From Pelomyxa schiedti (lineage: Eukaryota; Protista; Evosea), in contig JAHLWZ010000800.1 of NCBI GenBank assembly GCA_020536535.1, positions 62,001 to 126,000 on the forward strand: a stretch of DNA of 64,000 nucleotides, in the 5' to 3' direction. This document shows positions 1-10,969 of this stretch, piece by piece (positions within the stretch are counted from its first letter, which is position 1; each line of letters starts with the position of its first letter). Made by a program: the position numbers and the translations under genes. The notes under the pieces were generated by a model. That model saw only the letters and a list, made by a program, of their open reading frames with translations, was not told the DNA's origin and did no database searches.

Positions 1-948
1 GGTGATGCCAGTGTTGTAAATGCACAAGCCCTGGCTGTGCATGCTGCAACGCTTCCGCAGGTACTGGGCATTGTTTCAATGAGTACTGTATTTTTCACTC
101 CTGTCAAGAGCACTGGTAGGTTGTAGCATTGTCCTTCTTTTCTTTTCTATTTTTTTCTCATGTAAATAAAGCTCTTGTCATTACTATGGATGCCATTGCC
201 TCAGCAGCTCCTACTCTACCATTTTATTATTACCACATGCCTGATCAAACTCATGTCGATTTTAAGGTATACAGCCGAAAAGACCGGAAAAAGTAGGAAC
301 TAATGTAATTTTCTAGATGTATGACTTCCTTGTAGAAGTTGATCGTACCCAGCTTCTTCCCACTCTTGCTGGAATCAAAGCGACATATTATGATCTCATG
401 GACTTCACCATGTGCATTAACTACCAGAACCGATTTGGCAAACACTATGACATGTATATATTTAATTATTTCCTGTTATTCACTCACACTTCTACAGGTT
501 AATTGGAAGAGATGAAATTCTTCTTGGTGCCCTTGCTATGGGATGCAAGGGTGCTGTTGGTAGCACTTATAACTACATGGGTGGAATAATGCTTGAAATG
601 TGGAGTGCCTATTCTGCTGGCAACATGACACGGTAAGGAGAGCTTACCAAGCTTTTGTTCTCTCACCGGAATTGAAAAGGGCTCAAGAGCTTCAGAACCA
701 GAACATTGCAATGGTGAATATCCTACATCAGTATTCCAACAAAGGACAGGAAGCCGGAAAGGCAACAATGGAGCTCTTTGGTACAAACTCTATCACCCCA
801 AATAAAAATAGAAATCCTACTCAATGAAACCCTAATGGCACAAACAGGTGTCCCGGTTGGGCAACCAAGACTTCCTAATTACCCCTTCTCAGAGGCAGAC
901 TACACCAACCTTCAGGCCCAACTTCAATCAATTGGCTTGTTACCTTGA
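1..948 (+). CDS. nanA: N-acetylneuraminate lyase / DHDPS-family class I aldolase (5' truncated by window edge, multi-exon)
   Basis: Exon translations FYYYHMP, LAGIKATYYDL (Schiff-base Lys), GRDEILLGALAMGCKGAVGSTYNYM, GVPVGQPRLP; stop TGA at 946-948. Confidence 0.85.
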
Positions 949-1017
949 ATTGCCGTATTTGTGTACCTCAAAAGGAAAAAACTGCAACAAAATACAATAG
1001 TTTTAATACAACAATTT

Positions 1018-2660
1018 TCACATGAAAATTGTTTGTCTGGCTTCAATTTTTGCCCTGCAAACCGGGCATAGGCTCACTGCTTCAGCACACGTGGAACACA
1101 GACAACCGTGCCCACAGGGTGCAAGCCTGGTATTCCTTGGTCTCTCCCAGCAAACTTTGCATATCCCGAGGTCTCTGAGGCATCCTTGCGGTAACATTGC
1201 CACAGGGGAGTTTGGGTTGCACGGCTTTGCGGAAGGTGAAGATACTGCACTGACTGTGGAGACAGAGGGTGACCCAACGAGGTCTTGAAGTAGTAGGGAT
1301 ATGGTTTGAACTTTGGCGATATGAGCATGTGCGGACATTACTCGCGGAAGGATATGGTCAATAATTTCCGGAGTGATCGGACTGGTTGGTTGTGGGAAAG
1401 TCAATTGGGACGAGGTTGTACTCCTAGCAGTGGGGTGCCGGGCCGAGAGGGATTTGAGTATGACACTTGTTGCATGAGTTTTGTTCAGCTCTCCCACAGT
1501 CTTCAACATTGCATCATGGGTTTCCTGAAGATTTTCAATGGTTTCTGTTTGCCTTGCAAGTTCCTGAAATGTAGAGAAGGTTGCGGGTGTGGGTTTCAAG
1601 GCCGTCTCAAGGTTGGCATGTGACAGACTATCCAACTTGTGCTTGATCCCACTTAAATCGATAGGGGCCATCTGCAGTTGAACGCGGATTTCAGATGTTT
1701 TACGCAACAACTCTGCATGCTTAGTCACTAGTCCCTCAACTGGCTGAAAGGATTTAGCTTTGAAGTTTTGTCACTAGTAATGTAACCTTCAAAACAGGTA
1801 GAATATTTGTCTGTGGTTCGGGTTTTACTCCCAACGAAAGATTTTTCATGATAGTTTCAATTCGTTCCCCTGCACCCTTAAGAGCTGCATCCCCAGATTC
1901 TGGTGTGAGATCCTCACCAAGAATTTTTTTCTGTTCCATGTCCTTTTTTGGGGATCAGGTGGAGTTTAAAAGACAACCTCCTCACTTCCTCATCCTTCTT
2001 TTGTTGGATCATAGTATATGTTTTCTTGAGGCCCTCCTCATACTCATTCATTTGCTTTGTCATTTCAGAAACTTCTTTCTTTTTAAGTTCGGCCTCTTGG
2101 TACTGGCTGTGGGCCTCATGGAGCAAATTCTCGACATCCTCAGTCAGGTCAAGAAGCTTTTCATGCAAGTTCAGGAGGTAAGCAACTTCAGGCCTATAGG
2201 GACCTATCCTGAAAAGTTGTTAAAGATGTGAGGGTCAGGTGAGGAAGGAAGGATCACAGTTTGATATTCTCAATCATGACTTTTCTGCTCAGTTGCAACA
2301 GACTGTCTTTACTGCAAGCCTGAAAGTACTTGTCAACAAAACACACGTAAACAAGGAGAAACCCACAGGTGGCTTGGCAGCAGAGTCACTTTTCGTGGAC
2401 TTTGCCTCGTATTTGCCCGGTACAAAACTGAGGGGTCGCTTACTGCGACTGGCACCTGTAGAGGAAGTAGTGGAAGTTGCAGTGGCAGTTGCAGAGCAAG
2501 ATCTCACATCAGAGAAGTCGTCGTCGTCGCTCAGATTTCCAGCACGATACTCTATGTAGAATTCGTCGTTGAACTCTCTTTGTTTTTCCGTCACTAAGTT
2601 ATTATAGTTTATTAACTACAGCAACGTGGCGTCACCTCTTTGACTTGTTCTTCTTCTTCA
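1018..2660 (-). CDS. Coiled-coil protein with C-terminal C3HC4 RING finger (IAP/MGRN-type E3 ligase); start uncertain
   Basis: C-terminus CKVCWERPRNTRLAPCGHGCLCSTCAEAVSLCPVCRAKI; upstream exons (1754-2594) are helical or low complexity. Confidence 0.8.
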
Positions 2661-2824
2661 TTTTTTTGTGGGTCTGATAAAGATCTTTACAGTCCCGCTA
2701 AAACGCCACCCGAGGCATCATTTCCCTGCATTCCTGTGAACGAAAAATCTCACTCCTGTCAAACAAACGGAAAACCAGAAATTGAAGAACAAACAAAGCA
2801 AACGACATCCTCCGATCCCCACGC

Positions 2825-5065
2825 ATGGCTTCCAGTGTACCGTGTGCTTGTGTTGGTGAGATCTACGCTGACATTGTCGTGGTGAATGCAAAGGTGGTGA
2901 CCATGACGGGATTTTGGCCTGGGGCCGAGGAGGCACCTCGTAGTGCTACTGGATTTGCCGTTTTCGGCAATCGCCTGGGCCTGGTTGGCGGCAGCGTGGA
3001 TGACATTTTGAAGCATAAGGGACCGAGGACAAGGGTGATCGACGCTCGAGGAGCTACTGTAATGCCGTCTTTCACTGATTCGCATGCCCACCTTCTCGTT
3101 GGAGCCACGAGACCACTCGAGCTCTCTGAGGTGATGACAAAAGGTGGTTCTGGAAGCACCTTGTGAGATTTCCTTTGCTTTGCCTGGTCCCATCGCTTTT
3201 GGTTGTATTTTATATTGGTTTATCTACTTACCTTCGTGTTTCAGAGGAACTTAGAACCGAGTTACTCTCGGAGTACGAGCAGGTTTGTCAGAGAGACCCC
3301 TCTGGTGAGAAATGGGTGGTTGCTTCACATGCCCAATACGAACTCCTCCGTGACATTGATCGTCATTGGTTCGATACATTCATTCCAGACCGAGGGGTGG
3401 CAATAATGTCTGTGGATTTGCACACTGTCTGGGCTAATACTCGCGCTCTTCGTGAAGCTGGCCTCATGAATAGTACTCCTTCCTCCTGCCCAAAAAGTGA
3501 TGACCTTTTCCATGACAGGCATTCCCTCAAACATCACTGGTGTAGTAGTTGTTGATGCTACAGGAGTTCCAACAGGTGAGGTCCGTGAAATGGACGCCTA
3601 TGCATATCTCCTGAACTTCATGGGTGGCTATGGCTGGGCTCTTGCTAATGGCTTTTCTGACCCCAGTCAAGCCCCAGCATTGGATCCAGTTAAATACGAA
3701 CAAGTAAAAGAAGAAGTGACAAGATTAGCTGTGGTTGCCCAAAAAGAATTTCTTTCTGAAGGAGTGGCTGCTGTACACATGATGGATGGTACCACAGTTT
3801 CATTTAATAATGAAAGTCAATTAAACTTTCTTAGGTTGTATGTCCGAAATGCAAATGTTCTTGGACCTTCAGAAGCACGGACAACTTGCTCTTCGAGTAT
3901 GGCAAGCGCAACTTATTACCCCATCATCCCCACTTTCCCTCATTGTAGGAACAACGCATATGCAGAGAGCTAGCCAGGTACGGTTTTTGGGTTTCCTTAT
4001 ATGACGTTGAAATCACGTAGGGAAAAGTGAAAAGTGGGTTTTGCAAGTTTTTCCTTGATGGTGTGGTAGAAACGAAGACAGCTGCAACTATCGAAGACTA
4101 TGAAGGCAACCCTGGAAATAAAGGGTCATTTGTCTGGGATCTTGGCAAGTTCCACGAGGCCATATCTTGTTGTGACAATCACGGTATCCCATTTCCCTCA
4201 CCAAGTTAAAGAAAATTAGTTCCATTTCAGGTCTGGAAGCAGCCACTCACTGTGTTGGTGATGCGGCCGTTCGGGCTGCCCTGGACACTTATGAATCCGT
4301 CATGAGAAATTCAACTAGGTACCACTAAAGTATATCCAACACCGCTCATCCAATAAGGCACGATCACAAATTTCGGATCGAGCATCTGGAGATGGTTAAT
4401 GCAAGAGACTTAGCTAGACTTGCTGAATTGAAAGTGACGGCATCGATGCAACCTCTTCACTACACACCACTGGAAGATGCGACGTCATGGTGGGATTTCA
4501 TTTCTCAACTACTGTTGTGACAGTTGGTTTCAGGATAAGATATGCTGGTTTAAGTAGGTTTGAGCAATCCTGGCCTTGGAAGTCTCTCTACCAACTTGGG
4601 GCAAATGTGATATTTGGAAGGTTTCTCCAACAACTTTACTGGACTTAGACTGATTTGCCATATCAGTGATTGGCCAATTGTTGACTGCGCTGTATTTCAG
4701 GCACTTCACGCATGCATGGCGCGGGAAAATCTCCCCCAAGAACAGGTTAAGGTATGAACCGAGTTTCCTCACCCTTTTACAATTAATCCCTCTAGCCTAG
4801 ACTACTTGAACTTCTCAGTTCATACACTGTACGTCCAGCACTCGTGGAGCAAAGGTCTCCTACAGAACCACCAAGGGGAGTGATCAAGGTTTACACTAAT
4901 TAATTTCCTCAAGTAAAGTGACTTGCCTAGGATGGTGCCTATGCTGACTTTATTGTCCTTGATCGTGACATCTTTGCTGACGACTTCCCAGCAAACCACC
5001 TCCATTTCGTATCCGTTCTTATTACCTGCTGTGATGGAAAAGTCGAGTATGAAAGAAGTGACTAG
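2825..5065 (+). CDS. Amidohydrolase_3 (YtcJ-like) metal-dependent hydrolase, copy 1, multi-exon
   Basis: VIDARGATVMPSFTDSHAH, SVDLHTVWANTRAL, PTGEVRE, KFFLDG, THCVGDAA, RIEHLE, ASMQPLH, ADFIVLDRDIF. Confidence 0.9.
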
Positions 5066-5127
5066 CCTAGTAGCGTATATACAATAGCAAAACAACCAAA
5101 AAGGCCAAAGCAGAACCCAAAAATCAC

Positions 5128-6462
5128 TCAACTTTTCATCATAAGCAAAGCCACATTCTCATACACCCTTGCCGCCCTCTCAAGCGAATCCAGCACCACG
5201 TACTCATCCGGGGCGTGCTGGTTCCCCCCCGAAGGGCCCCACACGCAAGTGGGTATCCCATACCCGTTCAGCAAGTAGGACTCATTCGCCGGGCCCGATA
5301 TCTTGAGCCGCGGCGGCGCCCCGTACTCGCTGGCGATGGCCTCGCTCAGGCACCGCACGACCTTGGACCCGGTCGGTATCTGGGTCGGCGGCAGCCTCTC
5401 TGCGGCGGCCACTTCGACCTTGAGCGGCGGCCGGCGGGAGCACACGTCCGCCACGGCCCGCCTGATCTCGGCCTCGACGAGGTCCACCGGCACGGAGGGG
5501 ACCAGCCTGACGTCGACCACGGCGTCGCAGGAGCCCGGGACGACGCCGGCGCCCGAGCCACCGGTGCACAGCGCCGGCGTTATGACGGTCGTGAGACGGC
5601 CGAACAGTTCGTCGGAATTCCCGGTGCGAGAATTCTCGTTGGAATTGTTGGTGCTGGTGCTGGTGGTTGTTGATGTGGATGTGGCATCGAGGGGGAGGAG
5701 GCTTTTCGATGCCAGCTGGGAATCTAGTTGTTCAAGGGCTAGAAAGACTGCGGACATTCCGGTGATTGCGTTGCCACCCCTCGGGGCTATTTGCCACTGG
5801 CTGGAACCGCAGTGCATCGGGGTGCCTTGGGAATGGAGCTTGAACCTGGCGACGCCCCTGTGGCCCACGCAGACGTCGCCGGTCTGGCCGGCATAGGCGT
5901 ATATTGCCCCGTCGGCGTTCAGCCTCCCAGAGTCGTGGACGGCCTTCACCCCGAGCCTCCCCGTCGCGCCGGATTCCTCGTCCGGGACGCACAGCAGCTG
6001 CACCGGCCTGGTCACCGCGCTGCCGTCCGCGGAGACCGAGTCCCTCAGCCGCAGCAACGCCCACATGGCGGCGGCTATCCCGGCCTTGTTGTCCGCCGCG
6101 CCCCTCCCGTACATCCTCCCGTCGGCTATCTCGGCGCCGAACGGGTCGTGCTTCCAGGCCGCGACCGGGGCCTCGGGCACAGTGTCCATGTGGGCCACAA
6201 TCAGCAGGGCCGACCGGGCCCGGTCGCCGCAGCTGGCCCGCTCGGCCGCGGAAGGCTCCGGCTCCAGGGTGACCAGGACCGCGGGGCGCTGGGCCGAGCC
6301 CTCCAGGTGGTCGAAGACCAGCACTTGGGGCGCGAGGCCGTGCCCCGCCGCGAACCCCGCGATGACGCTGGCCACCTCGAGCTCCGGGTGCACCCCGTTG
6401 ACTGACCGCGTCCTCACCAACTGCTGCAAGAACCCCGTGATCTCAGCGGCGTAGCGGCTCAT
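5128..6462 (-). CDS. M20 family metallopeptidase/deacylase (ArgE/DapE-like), intronless and GC-rich
   Basis: AHMDTVP, MYGRGAADNKAG, PDEESG, GHRG, DVRLVP, GPSGGNQHAPDEYV in one uninterrupted ORF; likely start MSRYAAEIT at 6462. Confidence 0.92.
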   Translation of the reverse strand: MSRYAAEITGFLQQLVRTRSVNGVHPELEVASVIAGFAAGHGLAPQVLVFDHLEGSAQRPAVLVTLEPEPSAAERASCGDRARSALLIVAHMDTVPEAPVAAWKHDPFGAEIADGRMYGRGAADNKAGIAAAMWALLRLRDSVSADGSAVTRPVQLLCVPDEESGATGRLGVKAVHDSGRLNADGAIYAYAGQTGDVCVGHRGVARFKLHSQGTPMHCGSSQWQIAPRGGNAITGMSAVFLALEQLDSQLASKSLLPLDATSTSTTTSTSTNNSNENSRTGNSDELFGRLTTVITPALCTGGSGAGVVPGSCDAVVDVRLVPSVPVDLVEAEIRRAVADVCSRRPPLKVEVAAAERLPPTQIPTGSKVVRCLSEAIASEYGAPPRLKISGPANESYLLNGYGIPTCVWGPSGGNQHAPDEYVVLDSLERAARVYENVALLMMKS

Positions 6463-6889
6463 CGTTCGCCTGTTTCTTCTTTCTGGTTGCTTTACTGTTA
6501 CTGAAACGATTTCGAAGAACAGAAACCGAATCAATGAGTGACGCCGAACTACCGGTTGGTAGCCCTGGGTGAGGTCATAGTATGACTCTCGGCCACCCTG
6601 GGCGTCGTGGTGCAATGTGTTTGACTGCTGTGGTTGATGAGATTCGAAACAGTGCCTCATAGTTTCCAAGAGTTCATGGGAGTGGCTTCAGCAGGCTTGA
6701 GGTACCTCTTTGCCAGGCAAAAAGGAAAATGCCCTCGAGATACAACATATACAGTTCCACAAACCTTGAAATGCCTCACTATCACGATTTGGACACTGGT
6801 CTGCTCCTTGTGGATCCGTCAATTGTTCCCCAAGCTTGGTGACCACAAAAATAAAGAACTCTGTTTTATTATTCCTTTTGTGTAATTTG

Positions 6890-7413
6890 ATTACAATAGC
6901 GCCGAAGGAGCATACAAAAGGATGGTAAAATATTGTACTAAAGGGTAGAATAAAATGAGCTTTGGGGTCTATGATCTCTTATAGTGCAAGGTAGAGTCTA
7001 CAAGGTCACCATCCAGAAATTTCATAGAAACTAGTGACGAGTTGGTGAAGTACACAAAATCTGGCCAAACAAACCTTGTCTACCAGACTTGAAATCCAGA
7101 TGCAGAGTATTTCCTTCTACTGTATACATTCCTGTATCACTTGAACTCACCCTTTCCCCCAACTGCATTTGAATGAGCCACCAAGCACCCCCAAAGTGCA
7201 CTGTAGGCAATAGGTAATAAGAAAACGCCCCACAAACCAACATACAGTGTACCAGGAGCAAGTCTCGAAATAAGAGCGAGTATAGGTGAAAGAGCCATTG
7301 GCAGCAAACGTGTACTCAGAGTACTCAGTGGATTCCTCAGTGTGCCTCCACACACCACCAACAATCTCCCCTTTGTTTTCTTCGCTGCTGTCATTGTCCT
7401 GCGCTGATGCCAT
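6890..7413 (-). CDS. Small hypothetical beta-rich protein (lipocalin-like pattern); 3' end uncertain
   Basis: MASAQD...IVGGVWRH...EYTFAANGSFTYT followed by exon DTGMYTVEGNTLHLDF. Confidence 0.45.
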
Positions 7414-7497
7414 CGTACTCTCTTCTTTCTTCTTTCTCAATCGAAATGGTGGTTCAAGGAATGTGGTCACCGAAAGAAACAAACAAGCCGAATCTCG

Positions 7498-8368
7498 ATG
7501 GACCCACTGGCTCGCAATGTTGCAATGCACAGGCAATATGGGCCCGGCTCTGTGGCCAATACAAGGAGGGCGAGGAGGCGGCCTATCGACGATAGTCCGT
7601 ATCCCTATGAGGAGGACTGCTCAAACCTCAAAGTCATCGGCCTCCCTCTGTTTTCTTATTCCGACGTGTGTTTTCTCAGGAGTTTTTTTTCTATTTACCT
7701 GCTTCTGCCTCCTTCCTTTGCTAACCTTTTTTTTTGGTGGTGCTGTATTGTCATAGTATTTTGATAGCAGGAGGGACTACATCTCTGAGGAACCAGAGAC
7801 ACCTCCAGACCATGTCATTTTCACTGACATTCAGTATCCACAGATATCTTCAACTCAGCAAGATACCACTGTTGTTGTTTCCAACGAAATACCACAACCA
7901 CAACTCAGCACCACAGAGCCACAAGCAGTCACCACAGAATTTGCACCCAACAATAGTGAAGCAACGGCAATAATCCAAGAGGACCCCGCACTCTTTTGCG
8001 TAACGGACGCAAACATAACAACGTCAGCAACTACAAATGCAACATATTCAACACAACAGGGTACAACCACAACAAAAACCTATAGAAGAACAAATGGAGA
8101 GAAGCCACTCACAGTCACAAGGAATTCATGCACACAAACAACGCCCAGAACCAACTGCACAACAACAACCTCAGATCAACAACAAACCTCAAATGAGGAG
8201 GGAGGAACACACTCTGTACTAAAGCGGCATAACCAGGCCACAGATACGGACTCTTACAAATATGTGAAGCCGCAACAAGTGGTGGCACTGGAGTCATGGC
8301 TACTTTCCCTGGAGTGCTTCCGGACAAAGAGGGGTGCCCCAAAATACTGGGAAACACTCAGAGTGTAA
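7498..8368 (+). CDS. Hypothetical Thr/Gln-rich protein, two exons
   Basis: Exon 1 MDPLARNVAMHRQYG..., pyrimidine-rich intron ~7665-7768, then an open frame to TAA at 8366-8368. Confidence 0.55.
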
Positions 8369-8645
8369 TATAAAGATGGATGATGAAACTCGACAAGAAT
8401 ACAATAGATATTCCTGAAGGGCTTTTAAGTACCTCTGTAAATTGTGCGGCACAGGTTCAACATAATACAACCTGGCACTCAATTTCGGTGGTATTTGGGT
8501 GCCTATTCATTCCGTTCTTGTTTACTTTTTTTTTTTTTTTTTTTTTTTACTAGGTTAGAATCTTGATAGATGCATGTTAACAACTACGATTCTTTGATTG
8601 TTTCTAGAGTGAGGAATAAGTACCTGCGCCTTGACAAGGTTTTCA

Positions 8646-8873
8646 TTACGATGACGAAGTGTTGCTTGGAGCATCTGTCGCGTGTGTCGTTGTCGTTGAT
8701 GCTGGTGCAGTCTTCGACGATGCCAGGATAGACGTGAGGTACTGATTTGTTTGCACCTTCAAGGACGCCAGATCTGCCAAAACGGCCTCCAACGAACCAC
8801 CGCCTATGGACGACCCCTGGGGCGTAAATTCGGCCAATGGACTACCGTCCACAGACACCCTCACACACGACAT
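8646..8873 (-). CDS. Small protein, possibly KEOPS subunit Gon7-like
   Basis: ATG-started 75-aa ORF; helix LEAVLADLASLKVQTNQYLTSIL resembles the Gon7 L..LR..l..lQ..iN.fLT pattern. Weak similarity. Confidence 0.35.
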   Translation of the reverse strand: MSCVRVSVDGSPLAEFTPQGSSIGGGSLEAVLADLASLKVQTNQYLTSILASSKTAPASTTTTHATDAPSNTSSS

Positions 8874-9293
8874 ATTCTAATTGGCAAGTACGTTCCTGTT
8901 CTGAGAATTCGATCACCATCTGATCCAAGCTTGTAAGCCAGTAGTTTGAGGGAGGTGAGGCACTCTTCAAGCTTGTTTGGTGAGAGAGGTTTTTACCCGC
9001 CCTCCAGATCAGTCTCAATCCACCGTTCTCCTCCAAGAAATCATGTTCCCTCCCCTGAACAAACACGCTTCCAGGCCAGTTGTGCTGGACTGCCGTGGGG
9101 GAACACCTGCAGGACTGAGGTGCAGAGTGTCCGATCGGGTACGAGATCCCACACCAAAATTCCGCTGATTTTCGGTTCCGGTAGAATCGGAAACCATCAC
9201 GCCTCCCCAAAAGCAAGAAAAGTGTAAGAAGAAAGCACGGCGAAAAAAAGAACACAACTAAAAAAAGAAAAAAAAACCCTTCAAATCAGAAAC

Positions 9294-10679
9294 ATGCACG
9301 TGTCTGGTGTCGTTGTTGCGGTGTTGTCGCTTATCGCGGCCGCGAGATCTGCCGAGTGGAAGTTGGTCACTAACAACCTTGGCTACTACGGCGATGCCGT
9401 TTCATTCTCCGACGCAGCTCACGGCCTCCTCATCGGCGGCGAGAGCCTCTGGGTTACCAACAACAGCGGAATCGACTTCTACAAGGTCGGGTTCGATCAC
9501 GCTCCTGTTACGAGATTCCTCGATTCTGCTGCCACTACTACAAGCATGGTGGCTTGCGGTGCTGGTGACTCTTCCTACGTAAGTTTGGAGCTTTTTTTTT
9601 TTGTTGGCTGCTAAGTTGACTATTGCGTAGTTCGTTGGCTGCGTTTACAGCACCGACTTGGGAACTACCTGGACTACAACTGATGAAAGGTTTTTCTTCC
9701 CTTTTGTGCTGTTTTTTTTTGCCTTGTTCACCAATTTGTAGTTACATTCACTGTGAATGGAGAGACGTGAAGCGTTACGGAACCTCCTTCGTCAAGACTG
9801 GCGATTGGACTGACTTGGTGCGCTCTGGAAGTGGCATTTCCTATTCCGAGTGAGTTTTCCGAATGGCTACCTTTTAATTGAGTGTAATGTAGGGATGGAG
9901 GAAAGTCTTGGACCAACCGAGCATGGATCGATGGTGTAAGTGCCTGGTACTCCAGTTTCACCTCAAACCTGTTCGGCTGGACAGTTGGTGGCAACAGCGA
10001 TCTCTTCAACGCTAGCTTGAACAGAGCCGTTCTTTGCAAAACCACAAATGGTGGTCTTGGCTGGACGACTCTCAAGGATGTCTCTGGCGGGTACAATTGC
10101 TTTAGTACTACCAGTAACCTCCTTATTTACATCAAAAAAAGGCAAACCTATGCCGGGATAGACTTCGTTGATAACATGCATGGATGGACTATTAGCAACA
10201 TCCCATCAAGTAATGCACCCGTTGGCAAGGGCACTACTAACACCGATTCACAGCTGACACTTCTGATGCTTACGGCATGATCGAAGCAACTACAAACGGC
10301 GGTTCAGCCTGGAGTGTCCAATTCAAGGTAACCGGTGTAACCTTGAAGTCCATTTACATGGTTAGCTCCACTGAAGGGTGGGTTGTTGGTAAGCAGTTTT
10401 GCTCTTATTTCTCCGTAGAACAGGTTTTGCTTACGCAACTAGGTGGCTATGAGGACGGCCTTGTTTACAGAAGCTTGTTCTATTATACCACCGATGGAGG
10501 TGCCACATGGACCAGCTACGAACTTCGTGGGGTATGTTTTCTGTTCCTCAAGGCCAATGGTTTTAACTGTTCATGTTCAGTACATTGTCAACAATGTAGA
10601 CGGCTTTGATGCCAAGCACGTGTATGCTTCTGCCGAATCAGAGACCAATGGGGCCTCTGTATTGCAGTGGTTTGCTTAA
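9294..10679 (+). CDS. Secreted beta-propeller with Asp-box/BNR repeats (Ycf48-like), multi-exon
   Basis: Signal peptide MHVSGVVVAVLSLIAAARSA; repeats STDLGTTW, SEDGGKSW, TTNGGLGW, TTNGGSAW, TTDGGATW; FVDNMHGW and STEGWVVG blades. Confidence 0.85.
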
Positions 10680-10969
10680 ACTATCCACAAGCAAACCTAT
10701 TTTTTTTTGCGTTCCTAAGACCAAGCGTTATTTAAAACAAATATTTGCGTAACCATTCCTAGGGTATTCCTTGCCCACAAGTTCGGTGTGAAAAGAAAAG
10801 TAAAAGTTGTCTGTGGAACAGTGGCAGTGCCGTGTTGCTGAATTGCCTTGTTTTTGGCACTTGAGCATCTGTGCATTAGCGCGGGTGCTCTGGTCCAAAC
10901 ACAAGGCATTTGGGACGTCCTAGAGACCCTTAGGAACAAAATTAAATTTATTTCATCTCTAGGAGGGTG

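Noticed and set aside
5215-6454. Several long + strand and alternate-frame ORFs over the M20 gene
   Set aside because: Shadow ORFs caused by high GC; only the minus-strand frame has family motifs.
7855-8482. Hydrophobic minus-strand ORFs suggesting a membrane protein
   Set aside because: Antisense of a Thr/Gln-rich + strand exon that is open from ~7770 to 8368.
9294-10679. Asp-box protein as a sialidase partnering NanA
   Set aside because: No RIP/FRIP motif or Arg triad seen; the repeat pattern fits Ycf48-like propellers.
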